Origin: Asterias rubens
Taxonomy: Eukaryota
DNA length: 64,000 nt
NCBI RefSeq assembly: GCF_902459465.1
Contig: NC_047083.1
Span: 806,001 to 870,000 of the forward strand
Direction of reading: 5' to 3'
How positions within the stretch are numbered: position 1 is the stretch's first letter; the number at the start of each line of letters is the position of its first letter. Below, one piece after another: positions 1-11,068 of the stretch. A program made the position numbers and the translations under genes. The notes under the pieces are model-generated. The model saw only the letters and a program-made list of their open reading frames with translations, was not told the origin of the DNA and did no database searches.

Positions 1-63
1 GTTTAGTCTTCAATAGGTTTTTTAATTTCATCATTGAGTCCGACTGGCGGACTTCTGGAGGGA

Positions 64-637
64 ATTTTAAGCAACCTTCTACAATCAGTACATTTTCAAG
101 AAAACTTAAACACTACTTGCTAGATACTTATCTGTAATGCCATCAAACTCTAATGTTGTTCTTTTTAATCGTTTGCTTTGTTTGGTCTCAGCTGTCAGCT
201 TGTGTACCTGTGTGTCTGTGTCTCTCAAATAGGGAATACTTCGGTACACTAGTAGTAATCGGCGTCTTACTTCACGAAAGCATATTCCTTATAACCCTAT
301 AATTCATGACTTTAATAGTACGAGTCCATTTAATGATGACTCGCCTTTGTGTTGTTTGTAGGCCTACACCTATCGTCTGACCATGTTGTCCCTTGTCTTT
401 GTCTTTGTTTGTGTTCCTTAGTATCATGTTTGTCTGTCAATAGGTTAGGGCACAAAAGCATTTTGCTTAACCTAACACCTAAATGTTGTCTTTAAATTAC
501 TTCTTGTTTATTTTTTTTGAAGTATTGTGTACCTAATCATACCTCATACTATATTGCTTGTTTTAATTTTGACATAAATGTACGCTATTGTATTATTGTT
601 TTGTATGACAGCATTGAAATAAATGTACTGTTTGGTC
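64..637 (+). mobile_element. 5'-truncated LINE (L2/CR1-like) 3' remnant between 32-bp direct repeats
   Basis: Short terminal ORF ...STFSRKLKHYLLDTYL* at about 82-137 resembles the FKxxLKxxL C-terminus of L2/CR1-clade ORF2. It is followed by a T-rich 3' UTR-like tract ending near AAATAAA at about 617. CATTGAGTCCGACTGGCGGACTTCTGGAGGGA occurs at 32-63 and 638-669. Confidence 0.45.
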
Positions 638-1392
638 CATTGAGTCCGACTGGCGGACTTCTGGAGGGAGTTTGGTCCATAGGAAGGGACCGCTATAACC
701 AAAGGAACCCTGACCAACCAGTTTTGTACTTGATGAAAAGAAAGTTCAATGAGCAAATATTTATGGCATTAAGTCACCTGGAATGCAATGCTTCACACCA
801 CGGACCAATGCTGTCACTAAAATTAAATTCCACTTAAACGTGGGTTTAGCAAAAAACTCCATGACTTCAAAGAAAGCTTTGCCCACAAGTGTTCTTTTGT
901 CATGGTACAATAGAACTGGCCACAAAGATTGTACTATGTGTAGTCAAGGTTGCCAATTACTTGCCATGCTATTTTGCATGGGACATTGACACCAACAAAA
1001 GACACCAAGTGTGAATACAGTACATAAACTGGAATAGAATCTTACCATACTTTTCAATTTCGTGGCGATAATCAAAATTCTTGAACTAATTTTTTATTAT
1101 TTATTTTATTTGTACTTTTGTTTTCTCTTAATTTATCTAGCGAAACTGTATATTATTGTATTTTATTTTTCATTGTGTTGTTATTATGTATTGTAATTCC
1201 CAGACACTTTTTGGAACAAATAATGCGTGCGGTGCACATGCTCAATGGACACTATTTGGAAGCGGACTCTTTTTGACTTGACACCAGCACTCTCATCCTA
1301 AATATTAATTGTAATGCTAATCAATCATAAACATTCTTAATGTTGTATACCACAGTTGCTATTGGCATTGCTAGTAAACAATAAATGCCCCT

Positions 1393-1673
1393 TATTTTTG
1401 ACCGCGCGGGGGCGCTATAAATAGTATTTTGATCACTTCCGGGGGTACACGCGATTCGCCCTGCACAAATTAATAGGCGTTCTGTCACTTTTGTTGCGCC
1501 GTAGTTTCAATTTGCTTTAGAGGTGGATTATAACGGCTCCTTTTAAAGTCTTATTGTCTGTGATGGATTAGATGTCTGTGGTTATAATGTGTTCCAATCT
1601 TTAAAAACTGTTTTGCGTATGAATGAATATACCCCCGGAAGTGATTGAGAGCGCCCTCACGCGGTCAAAAATA
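1393..1673. mobile_element. Degenerate MITE with inverted arms
   Basis: Left arm TTTTTGACCGCGCGGGGGCGCT...ATCACTTCCGGGGGTA (about 1393-1448) is the reverse complement, with an indel, of right arm TACCCCCGGAAGTGAT...AGCGCCCTCACGCGGTCAAAAA (about 1630-1673). Confidence 0.55.
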
Positions 1674-1976
1674 TGGCCCATTAACAATTAATTATCCTCC
1701 ATTAAATACAAATTTGTCCATTAAATATACTTTTGGTCCACTCCACTAAATCTAATGGATTTCATTCATGTACAGCCCATTGGGGTATTGTCATAGATGG
1801 AATGCGCTTTTAAATACAATACAATTGAATAATAATTTTTTATTATTTTATTAAAACTGTGTGTTTTATTATTTTATTAAAACTGTGTGTTTCGATCCTA
1901 CCACAACTTTTTCACTCATTTCTACCAAAAGGAATATCTCATTGGAGTAAATTATACACTATTTTACTTGGATAAC

Positions 1977-2096
1977 TTTCCGTATGGCGCCACCACTTTT
2001 TCACTCTTTTTTACAAAAAGGGATATCTCATTGAGGTAAATAAGATACTATTTATTATTTCATATCGAATGAAAAAGTGGTGGCGCCATACGGAAA
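1977..2096. repeat. 27-bp perfect inverted repeat with 66-bp spacer
   Basis: TTTCCGTATGGCGCCACCACTTTTTCA (1977-2003) and its exact reverse complement (2070-2096). Confidence 0.8.
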
Positions 2097-3657
2097 CTTT
2101 TCCTTTTACTTTTTTATTTCAAACAAATAAAAATGGTGGCAGTATAATTTGGAAAATGTTCCCTTAATAATCATGAATGATCATTCTAAATTATAAATTT
2201 AATTTCAATTATTAACATTATGTTTTTGTTTTTAAAAAAGAACTTTAAAAAACAGAGTCAGTTTTCGACAAACTTGTGGGACAATGGTGGACCCACCTTT
2301 TGCTGATTGTTGTCAAGCAGTTGAGTTCGACGGGTGTGTAGCATTACAACTCCACTGACGGACTTTCAAGTTTCATTCCACATCGCTGAAATCCATCAGT
2401 TTTTTCATGGTCATGACTCATGGTGGATAGAACTTCCATACGACGAAGGGCGAGAGAGAGAGTTGTCCCAATACTAGCGAAACGTCTCTTTTGACCGTAG
2501 ATTCCAGGTAGATTCCAACAGATAATTTAGTTTTTATCGGTAACTGAATGTATACAGTAAGTAGTGCAGCTATACAATCATTACCCTTCCTCCATGTTTT
2601 GCTTTTTAAAAGGAGGAGTTAAAATCAAAGAAAGGACAACTTTGCTTGTTGACCGTGACGAAAATAAAGTGCGGTTACGTTTTTTTGGAAACACCCATGC
2701 AAACAATACACAATAGGTACCAGCCCAACGGACACATTGTATTGTGTACAATACGTCACAATTTATGCACTGTGCCCTGACTCATCATTTACAGCACACG
2801 TACATGTACACCTGCACCAAGGTGTTTAGTGGAGAAAAACAAACAAAAATACTTTTGCTTTTCCAGTTTTATTAACATTTTAAACAATAAACTCTCTCAA
2901 AATTCATAGCTAAAATATCAATTAATAATGGCCATTAATATTAGTAAGGTTTTTTCTGTTGTTTGTTCAACATTTTATAAAAATGAAGCTTACAAACCAA
3001 AGAGGGGAAGCGTGTGCACCCAACCGTATCAAAAACCGCGGGTGAACAGCGCCCTCTTGTGTCAGTAGTGGGTGTTGCTAATAAGGGTTTTGCGTAAAAA
3101 CGGTATGTGGGACTAGTCACTTTGCTATAATTATATAGTCGACTACAGCAAAGTGTCATGAGTGAAGTGTCGGAGTGAATAGTTCTTAATGGTAAAAATG
3201 GCACACTGGACACAAGAATTCTCACTTAGTGTATCTCAACATTATGTATAACATAACAAACCTGTGAAAATTTTGACTCAACTGGTTGTTGCGAGAGAAT
3301 AGAAACACAAACACTTGTCACACAAGTTGTGTGCTTTCAGATGCACTGTACAGATCGGCACATATCACGGTCTCCGAAGTAATGTGGCTAAGTAAAAAGA
3401 TATCAATTTTATGCCCCTATATCTGAAGACAAAATATTATTTCATGGTGGTCTGACCCTAGCAGAGTCTTTTTCAAAGACTAAAATTACAACACAATCAA
3501 ACACAAACATGTATAATCATAGGTCCTCATTGGTTGGTATAAGCCGTTGACAGCTATTTATATTGTCTAATATTATTGTAAAGATTTGGTATCACACAAA
3601 ACTTTCCATGTGTACATGTATGTTTCTATCAGACAATTTTTATTATTTACACATGAT

Positions 3658-3879
3658 TTAAAGGCAGTGGTAATTACTCAAAATAATTATTGGCATAAAA
3701 CCTTACTTGGAAACGAGTAATGGGGAGAGGTTGATGGTATAAAACATTGTGAGAAACAGCTCCTTCTGAAGTGACCTAGTTGACCAATTGAGCTCAAATT
3801 TTCTCAAGTGTGTTATTTTGTGCATGTTGAGATACACCAAGTGAGAAGACTAGTCTTTGACAGTGTACACTGTCTTTAA
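3658..3879. mobile_element. TTAA-flanked MITE, family A (Kolobok/T2-like), internally deleted
   Basis: Begins TTAAAGGCAGTGG and ends CACTGTCTTTAA; internal sequence is the reverse complement of the 10413-10778 copy. Confidence 0.75.
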
Positions 3880-4999
3880 ACCTTGAACCCTCTAAGCAGG
3901 ATGTAAATAGTACTGTGCCGGGAATGTACATGCAAAGTGCATTTTGATTGATCGATGTGCATGTCTAGGCCTTTGACGTCAAGGCGCGACCAAGTTCAAG
4001 TCTACTGAGGACGATATTCGAGAAGCGTAGAGGCTGTATATGCCGTTGAGCACTGGGCAAACAAACCCATAATTTCAACCAAGTGAAGACGTGTTTTCAA
4101 TTGTACAATTAAATAGCCCGTCTTACAAGTTGTGGCTTTCGATTCACCGTAATTCAATCTCATGTACCTGCTTTGATTGTCACTTTACTAGTCAGGGTCA
4201 CAGTGACGCAGATCGCTAGGCCTGACTTCTCGACGAGTGTCATGCTACAGACGAAATTGGGATAATCACCGATGAGTGTTTAGCGAGTAGAACGCGGTGT
4301 TTGACGGGTGCCACCAGCCGGTGTAATGGATGAATTATACGGCGTGAGGACAGGGTATGTATTGGTCTATTTTCCGGGGGTGGTTATATCAGGGTCTAGA
4401 CATGGTTTTAAGCTGACCTTAACCATGCTTTATCAGTAATATTGTGGCAAGGACAAATCAAGGAAGTATAGTTAACTCGCAGAATGCACTTGAAAGCACC
4501 GATTTCACAATGACTAGAACAAAGTATTGTCGTGTAAAGTGATCATTTTATTTTGTGCAGTTCGTATTCATAGACGATAAACCAATGTTTGTATGTGAGA
4601 GATTGGTTGTTTGCCAGCTTGGTGGTTATAATATCCCCTTGTGGAATGTTGCTGAGTTCACTTGTGGGAAGATCATTTTAAACAAACAAACACTCACGAA
4701 ACGAATGATACATTCGGGTTGACTAAAGTGCATAAAACAATGTTAACAAGGTGGTGGGTTCGAATCCTACCAAGCTAACAACTGATTACACAATGACTAG
4801 AATAAGAATTGTCTTGTTACTGAATCACAATTTTCATGATTTGTAAAGCAATTCTTATAACCATAGATAATCGTTTGTGACATACATTGGCCAATACTGC
4901 CAGCGTGGCGATAGATCCCACTTTTGGAAATTTGCCAAATATAAACGTTCCTTCTCAGAAAGATCATCTAAACACACTGTACAGTCATGTTGTTTTCTA

Positions 5000-5400
5000 A
5001 ATTCCACACATTGACACCTTTGGTAATCGCAAAGACCAGTCTTGACTCTTCTCACTTGATGTGTCTCAACATGCATATACAAAAAACCGTGAACAATTGA
5101 CCCCAATCGGTCGTCGAAATTGCGAGAGAATAATGGAAGAAAACACGAAGTTGCGAGAGAATGGAAGAAAAACACCCTTGTCCCACAAGTTGTGTGGTTT
5201 CAGATACTTTATTTCGAGAGCTCAGCTGAGTTTTCGAATTAATATATTTTAGTGGGAAATTACTTCTTTCTCAAAAACTACGTTACTCCAGAGAGAGCCG
5301 TTTCTTACAATGTTTAATATACTATCAACGGCTCCCCATTACTCATTTTAGTACCAAGTTAGTACCATGCTAACGATTGTTTTGAATAATCACCAATGCC
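5000..5400. mobile_element. Degenerate TTAA-MITE family A copy
   Basis: Shares the internal core (CAAAGACCAGTCTT...CAATCGGTCGTCGAA...GAAAAACACCCTTGTC...GAGCCGTTTC) with 10413-10778; ends are decayed. Confidence 0.65.
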
Positions 5401-5720
5401 ATTACACTTTGATTTTAGAAGGAAGTGTTGGCGGACCTTGGGTGAATTCATTTCGGTATTTTTAAAAGCTTTGTTTTGAAGTATTGTGTGCTTGTCACGA
5501 AGACCAATGAAGATAATGATCGAACCATGTTTTTTTATTTGAAGAGCTGCGTGCTTCGGCAGTCATCCAACAAACTTATTTACTTGTGCGTGTTGTTCCT
5601 CTTTTCAAAGTATTTTCGTTTCCATGAGGGGAAGTTGATTTCGAACATGTTTTTAAAGTGACCATGCACGCCTCAACATGTCTTTACTCATCATCGAGCA
5701 TTAATTGGTGTGCGAGACAG

Positions 5721-5902
5721 TCTCAATTTCAAAAGCTTCTAAGCACCAAAACTTGCTAAATACAAAGCTTAGCAGAAACTGGTTACATGTACATGCCAAA
5801 AGTCCATAAAGTATAGTTGTGACTGGTTTCCCATATATTTTTCGCTTAACATAGAAATTTGTTAAGCAGTATTTTCTGCTTAACAGCTTTATGAGATGGG
5901 CC
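5721..5902. mobile_element. Harbinger-like MITE (GGCCCAATTTCAT family), degenerate
   Basis: Right end ATGAGATGGGCC followed by CTG; internal GCTAAGCA/TGCTTAGC sub-repeats as in 24846-25085. Confidence 0.5.
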
Positions 5903-6750
5903 CTGGCGCTTGATGTGGAGCTTGGTGTACCCCTACCCCACCACACTGTGTCTTCATTGCGTCTTCGAACCTCATGATTTCTTTCTAGGTTTTCTTACTA
6001 CGGGTTCTACTGAAATAAATTTAGGGGAAAATTAGGGCTATTGTTTGCCCAAATCGCGCATCAATCCATAAGCTCGAGGGAGAAATAGTCTGGTTCTCTT
6101 TTGTTAAGAATACACTGACCATACTCACCGTTGTATTCAGGGAAACAAGACAGACTTGAATGGGGGAAAAACACTATAGCAAGTACGTACAGTTGTCAAC
6201 TGGTTTCACCTCAGTCTAGGGTCGTGACCTTTGACCGCATTTACTCTCAACAGTCTGTTGAGGAAAGTGCGCCGGGTACTCCCTTGACACCATGCCCCAT
6301 ACCTTGTTTTTAGACAGAAGTATGTAGTTAATGGTGACTCGAACCTTAAAAAACCCACACGGAAATACAGTTTGACTTTTTATGTAAATAGCATTTTAAA
6401 CGGTACTTTGGGGGTTAGAAATCTCTCATTGTCCGTTATTATTATTAATGTTAGTCAAAAGGGGCAAAGGCAAATACTTTTGGCAATATTGATCTCTATT
6501 TATATTGACATCGTATCACATGGTGTCACATCCCGCCAGTGTAAAATGTGTATAACATGGATGTTTATGATATCAAGTAATAAACCACATGGGAAACTTA
6601 CGATTTTGGGTTGAACAAAATGAAGTTTATGATAATCTGACTTTATTTGTTTTGTCTGCAGGTGCTGATAATAAAAGAGCATATACATTTCTTATAAAGT
6701 AACAACTTTATAAACTATTTATTTGATTTAAACTGAGAGCTGGCTTCAGG

Positions 6751-8853
6751 ATGATTACCGATGTGAAAACCGCCCGCAATGCGTCGCCTGACAAACAGTC
6801 TTTTTGGAAATTTAATGCGAAGGTATATTTTTGCTCAAATTTAAACATTTATAAAGTTTTGTTTACTTTATATTGTATAAGTTTGCTTTAAAGGATGTTG
6901 AACTCGGTGCACCTTTTAGCCACTTCACTGACGTACATAAGCCAGTGTGAGCTTATACATTACACCAGAATCCTCCCGGACAAAACAATCTAATGTAAAC
7001 AAAAAGGGTCTGTATCGGGGAACGTATCCCCTAAAATGGCAGTGTGACCTCAGATTAATTGACAAGAAAATGGCAAACAACTTATAGATGATGAGAAAAA
7101 AGGGTTTTATAAAAAAACTTTCTACCATGCATGGTTGTGACACTCACTATACACTACGTGGATGAAGCCTTGTGCGGGTTGAATAATTATTAATAATGCT
7201 CATTGTACACGGTTGTGACACTACACTACGTATAATATGAAGCCCTGTGCGCCATGGTTGTAGTTTGCTCATTGCTAATAATTAAATAAAAAAAAATCGA
7301 AGATTACTTCTGTGATATTTTTTTAACAATGACTTTCTTTGTCCTCTTTGTTTCAGTGGGTAGTTCTGTTTGTTATCTGCGTGTCCATTAGCTTACAGTT
7401 CGTCGTCTTCGTCACCAAAAGGTTTACAAACCCCTACAGATTTCCAGAGCTGACTCGACCCAACACCAATGGGGTAAATGGCAGAACCAGAGTTAAAAAT
7501 GTGGGGACGGTGGTCGAAAAGCTAGTGTACAGAAATGCAAGCTTACGGACTGCTGTAACTAACATTAACCACGGACCAGGATCAAAAGAGGACGCCCTGG
7601 GCGATAATGTTATTTTTTCAAACAAAACGGATGGTTTTATTATTTCAAAGCCCACCTTCTCAGAACTAACTTCACTAAAGCAAGCTTACACCAAACCAGC
7701 GTCGTCGGCTCGGTCAGATTTTCCATTAGTTTTATCGCAATCGTTCAAGGTGAACAGTTCAAAGGAAAAGCAATATAACATTTTAATATTTGGTTTTAAA
7801 GGTAGGTTAGCACAGAGGCTGGATTTTCTAATAATGCAAAATGGTTCATGGGGGAGAACAATTAGTTGCGGAGAAAATGTTACAATCAATGTACATGTTG
7901 GCAATGCAAGTGCTAATTTTGAAAGACAAAACGCAGTTGTGTTTAATATGGATGAGACAGCAGTTGCAAAAGAGTCTGAGACGCTGGTATCCATGCAAAC
8001 ATCCTCCAAACAGGCGTGGATTTACTATGGACGGGAACCAGCTGTTCGCATGAGGCGACTCTTCAGAGGCTGTGGCAACCTTCCACTGCATGGGATCTGG
8101 TCTTTCCAACGTCATTCTGAAGTGCGCATGGCATATGGTTCATTTGTCCAAACAACACAAATGACTTCGACAAATCAGCCCGCCAGTTTCTGGTCACGTG
8201 GTAAGAACAAACTCGTGGCATGGATGGCGAGAAATTGCCTTCAAACTTTTTGGCCGAGAACAAAATTCGTCGAAAGTTTAAATGTACACATCCCTGTTGA
8301 TATTTATGGAACTTGTGGTAATTTGCCATGTCCCTTTGTACCAATTAAGGAATGCAGAAATAGGTTGAGTAGATACAAATTCTACCTTGCGCTGGAGAGC
8401 GCTGAATGTGAGGATTATGTAACGGAGAAAATGTGGGAGACTGCGTTGGCTAACGGCATCGTCCCCGTGGTCTACGGAGCGTCAAAGTCGACCTACCTAA
8501 GACAAGCTCCCCCTAACTCGTACATATACGTCGGGGATTTTAACTCTACCAAGGCGCTCGCTGACTACTTAAAGATGTTAGATAAGAATCCAACATTGTA
8601 CGCCAAGTACTTCGAGTGGAGATACATGGGTCACATCGAGGTACCAAAGAGGGCCGGGGAGTCCCTACGACCCAGATTGTTTTGTTCACTTATACCTTTT
8701 ATTACCAAAGTTGAAAAAGGGGGTGTAAAAAGAAAGGCGTTTTCGGAGTTTCCGTTTTACAAATCGTGTAGACTTCTGAAAGGGAACGACTTGAGCCCAA
8801 ATTATCTCCCTCCTTTGAAGCATAGGGCAAAACATTGGAAGCTTAACTGGTGA
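6751..8853 (+). CDS. Alpha-1,3-fucosyltransferase, CAZy GT10 family, type II membrane protein; join(6751..6822,7357..8853), about 522 aa
   Basis: The long ORF contains GT10 hallmarks KNKLVAWMARNC, PVDIYGTCG, and YKFYLALESAECEDYVTEKMWETAL...VPVVYG...PPNSYI...DF...LADYL...YFEWR. The hydrophobic anchor WVVLFVICVSISLQFVVFV directly follows acceptor TTTGTTTCAG|7357. An upstream exon MITDVKTARNASPDKQSFWKFNAK (6751-6822) ends in phase 0 at AG|GTATAT. The first exon is less certain than the main exon. Confidence 0.9.
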
Positions 8854-8900
8854 CGAGTATTTCTAAATCAATTACCTGTCCTTACAGGGGACCAGTCGCC

Positions 8901-9129
8901 GGGCTCGTTCGATTAGCTTCCCTGGGTCGACCCCACGGTGCTCACTCGGATGGGTGAGCCCCTGACAAGAGCTAATCGAACGATCACACCTCGGGTCACC
9001 CCCTAGTGACCCACTCCACAGGCAGGGCACTGGGGGCTGACCCGGGTGAACCCCTGGAATGACGTCAAAGCTATTCGAACGCACCGGGGGCAGACCGGGT
9101 CGACCAAGGGAAGCTTAACGAACGCGACC
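8901..9129. mobile_element. GC-rich palindromic MITE just after the fucosyltransferase stop codon
   Basis: GTTCGATTAGCTTCCCTGGGTCGACC at the left end pairs with GGTCGACCAAGGGAAGCTTAACGAAC at the right end; high-GC island in AT-rich context. Confidence 0.7.
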
Positions 9130-10412
9130 TGTATTTCATAGAGCTCAAGCTGGTCCCCTCTCATCATTCATTGCTTGTACCATGCCTAAAATGTTATAAT
9201 TATTACGCTACATTGTACCATTTTGTTGAAATCGATTTGTTATAAAAAATAATATTAATTACAAAAGTAAACTTGCAGTCAAACTGTTTGCCGATAATGA
9301 CGTTTTTGGGGTTTTTTTTATTACTAAAGAAAATAATTATAAAAGTTAAAGGTACTATTATTGTTGTTTATAAATTGTATATTAATGTTTTTACGAGAAT
9401 GTGTGTATGTTTCCATTGGCAGTCCCTCAATTAATGATAACTCCCAAAGCCCCCCCCCCCCCCTTCGTAGAGGAATGGAACTGTCCATACAACTTTATTT
9501 GCTCAGACTGTCATAATCAAATTATCGTTCTCTTGTCAATTTGATTGGTTGAACACTCGTCACGTGTCATCCTTTGAAATGTATGCTGCCGTTACGCTCC
9601 AAACTTGAATTAAAGTCCAATATTATAATATGGGTTATTGGACGCTTCACAACTTCGTTCCCAAAACAATCGTTCCCCATCCGTTCGTCCAGACGAGACG
9701 AGGCAATGTCGTGTCCGCCCGGTGGGACAAGGTTATATTATATTATGAAGTCATACTTTCTGTGTCTATTTTGCGTTTATTTTGTGAACTAAATTCAAAT
9801 GATTTAAAGACATATGATTGAGTTATAATCTATGAAACAAACATTAGGGCTAACTGCATTTTGTAGTAGAAAAAATTGCTGTGAATTCTGGTTCGAGAAG
9901 AGGCCGTCCGGCGCGGCAGGACATTCCGCCACCCCCCCCCCCCCCACCCCACCCCACCCTCTACGACAAAGTGTGTAAAAAAGTATAGTGCCCTCTTTTG
10001 AATCATCCTCCTTCAAGCCCATGAATTTTCCATTGGGGAACAGAATCTTGACATTCATAACACTTGGTTAATATTTCCAATGCGGAAATTGCAGTATTAA
10101 TATTTTGATCTGTCTCCTAAAATATTTTTTTTTATTGATAATAATTAAATGCGTTAATTATTTGTATTGTTCTGAATAAAACAAAAATATCCAATGAGTG
10201 TTCCAGCTTTTTTGTGTTCTGTAATATTTAATTTTGAATATTATTAATATTTAAAAAAAAAATCCCTGTTAGTGTATTGCTTATTTTTTAGGTAAACTAC
10301 TGTTGATAGCTGAAACATTAATACCAACCATCCAAGCATAAAACAATGCAATAATTATTCCTCATTTTGCGGGGTCGGTTTTAAAATTTTACAGCTAAAT
10401 GCCTCCCACCTG

Positions 10413-10778
10413 TTAAAGACAGTGGACACTATTGGTAATTGTCAAAGACCAGTCTTCTCACTTGGTGTATCTCAACATATGCATACAAAACAAACCTGTG
10501 AAAATCTGAGCTCAATTAATTGGTCGTCGAAGTTGCGAGTTAACTCTGGAAGAAAAAACACCCTTGTCACACTAAGTTGATGCTTGATTTCGAGACCTCC
10601 AATCTAATTCTGGGGGTCTAGCTCGAAATAACATTCGTGGAAAATCTCGAAAACTACGTTACTTCAGAGGGAGCCGTTTCTCACATTGTTTTATACTATC
10701 AACCTCTCCCCAGTTATACTCGTTACCAAGTATGCTTATATATTTTGAGTAGTTATCAATAGTGTCCACTGCCTTTAA
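10413..10778. mobile_element. TTAA-flanked MITE, family A, full-length (Kolobok/T2-like)
   Basis: TTAAAGACAGTGGACACTATTGGTAATT ... AGTTATCAATAGTGTCCACTGCCTTTAA: TIR of about 25 bp bounded by TTAA on both sides. Confidence 0.85.
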
Positions 10779-11068
10779 GTATCACGTGACATCCACACGT
10801 AAAGGCTCCCGATTGTGACAGCACAGAGTCATGAATGAATTGACAATTCGACGATACCTAAAAGGTGTTTCAATCAAAATAACTGTGTATTTTTGCTTTG
10901 TATCAAAATTAAATTTTCGATGAGGTAAACACAAACTATGTTATTATTTCAGCTTAAACTTAACACAAAAAGGTATAGTTTTGGAGGTAAAATTATGATA
11001 AATTTGTCATAGGTTAGTCGCTTACTCCCCCTGTATACCGTCGTGTAAAAAGCTTCATTCCATCCAAG

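Noticed and set aside
1046-2344. Possible minus-strand gene start: MLHTRRTQLLDNNQQK (2344-2297, donor GTGGGT) joined to FKNFDYRHEIEKY (1085-1046, donor GTAAGA)
   Set aside because: The frames are compatible, but the acceptor before 1085 is A-rich with no pyrimidine tract and I recognise no protein; chance cannot be excluded.
2438-2490. ACGACGAAG…GCGAAACGTC, hammerhead-like
   Set aside because: The core lacks CUGA/UUGA, and neither stem I nor stem II pairs convincingly.
7434-8344. Several 70-107 aa ORFs overlapping the fucosyltransferase
   Set aside because: Shadow frames of a real CDS with no recognisable motifs.
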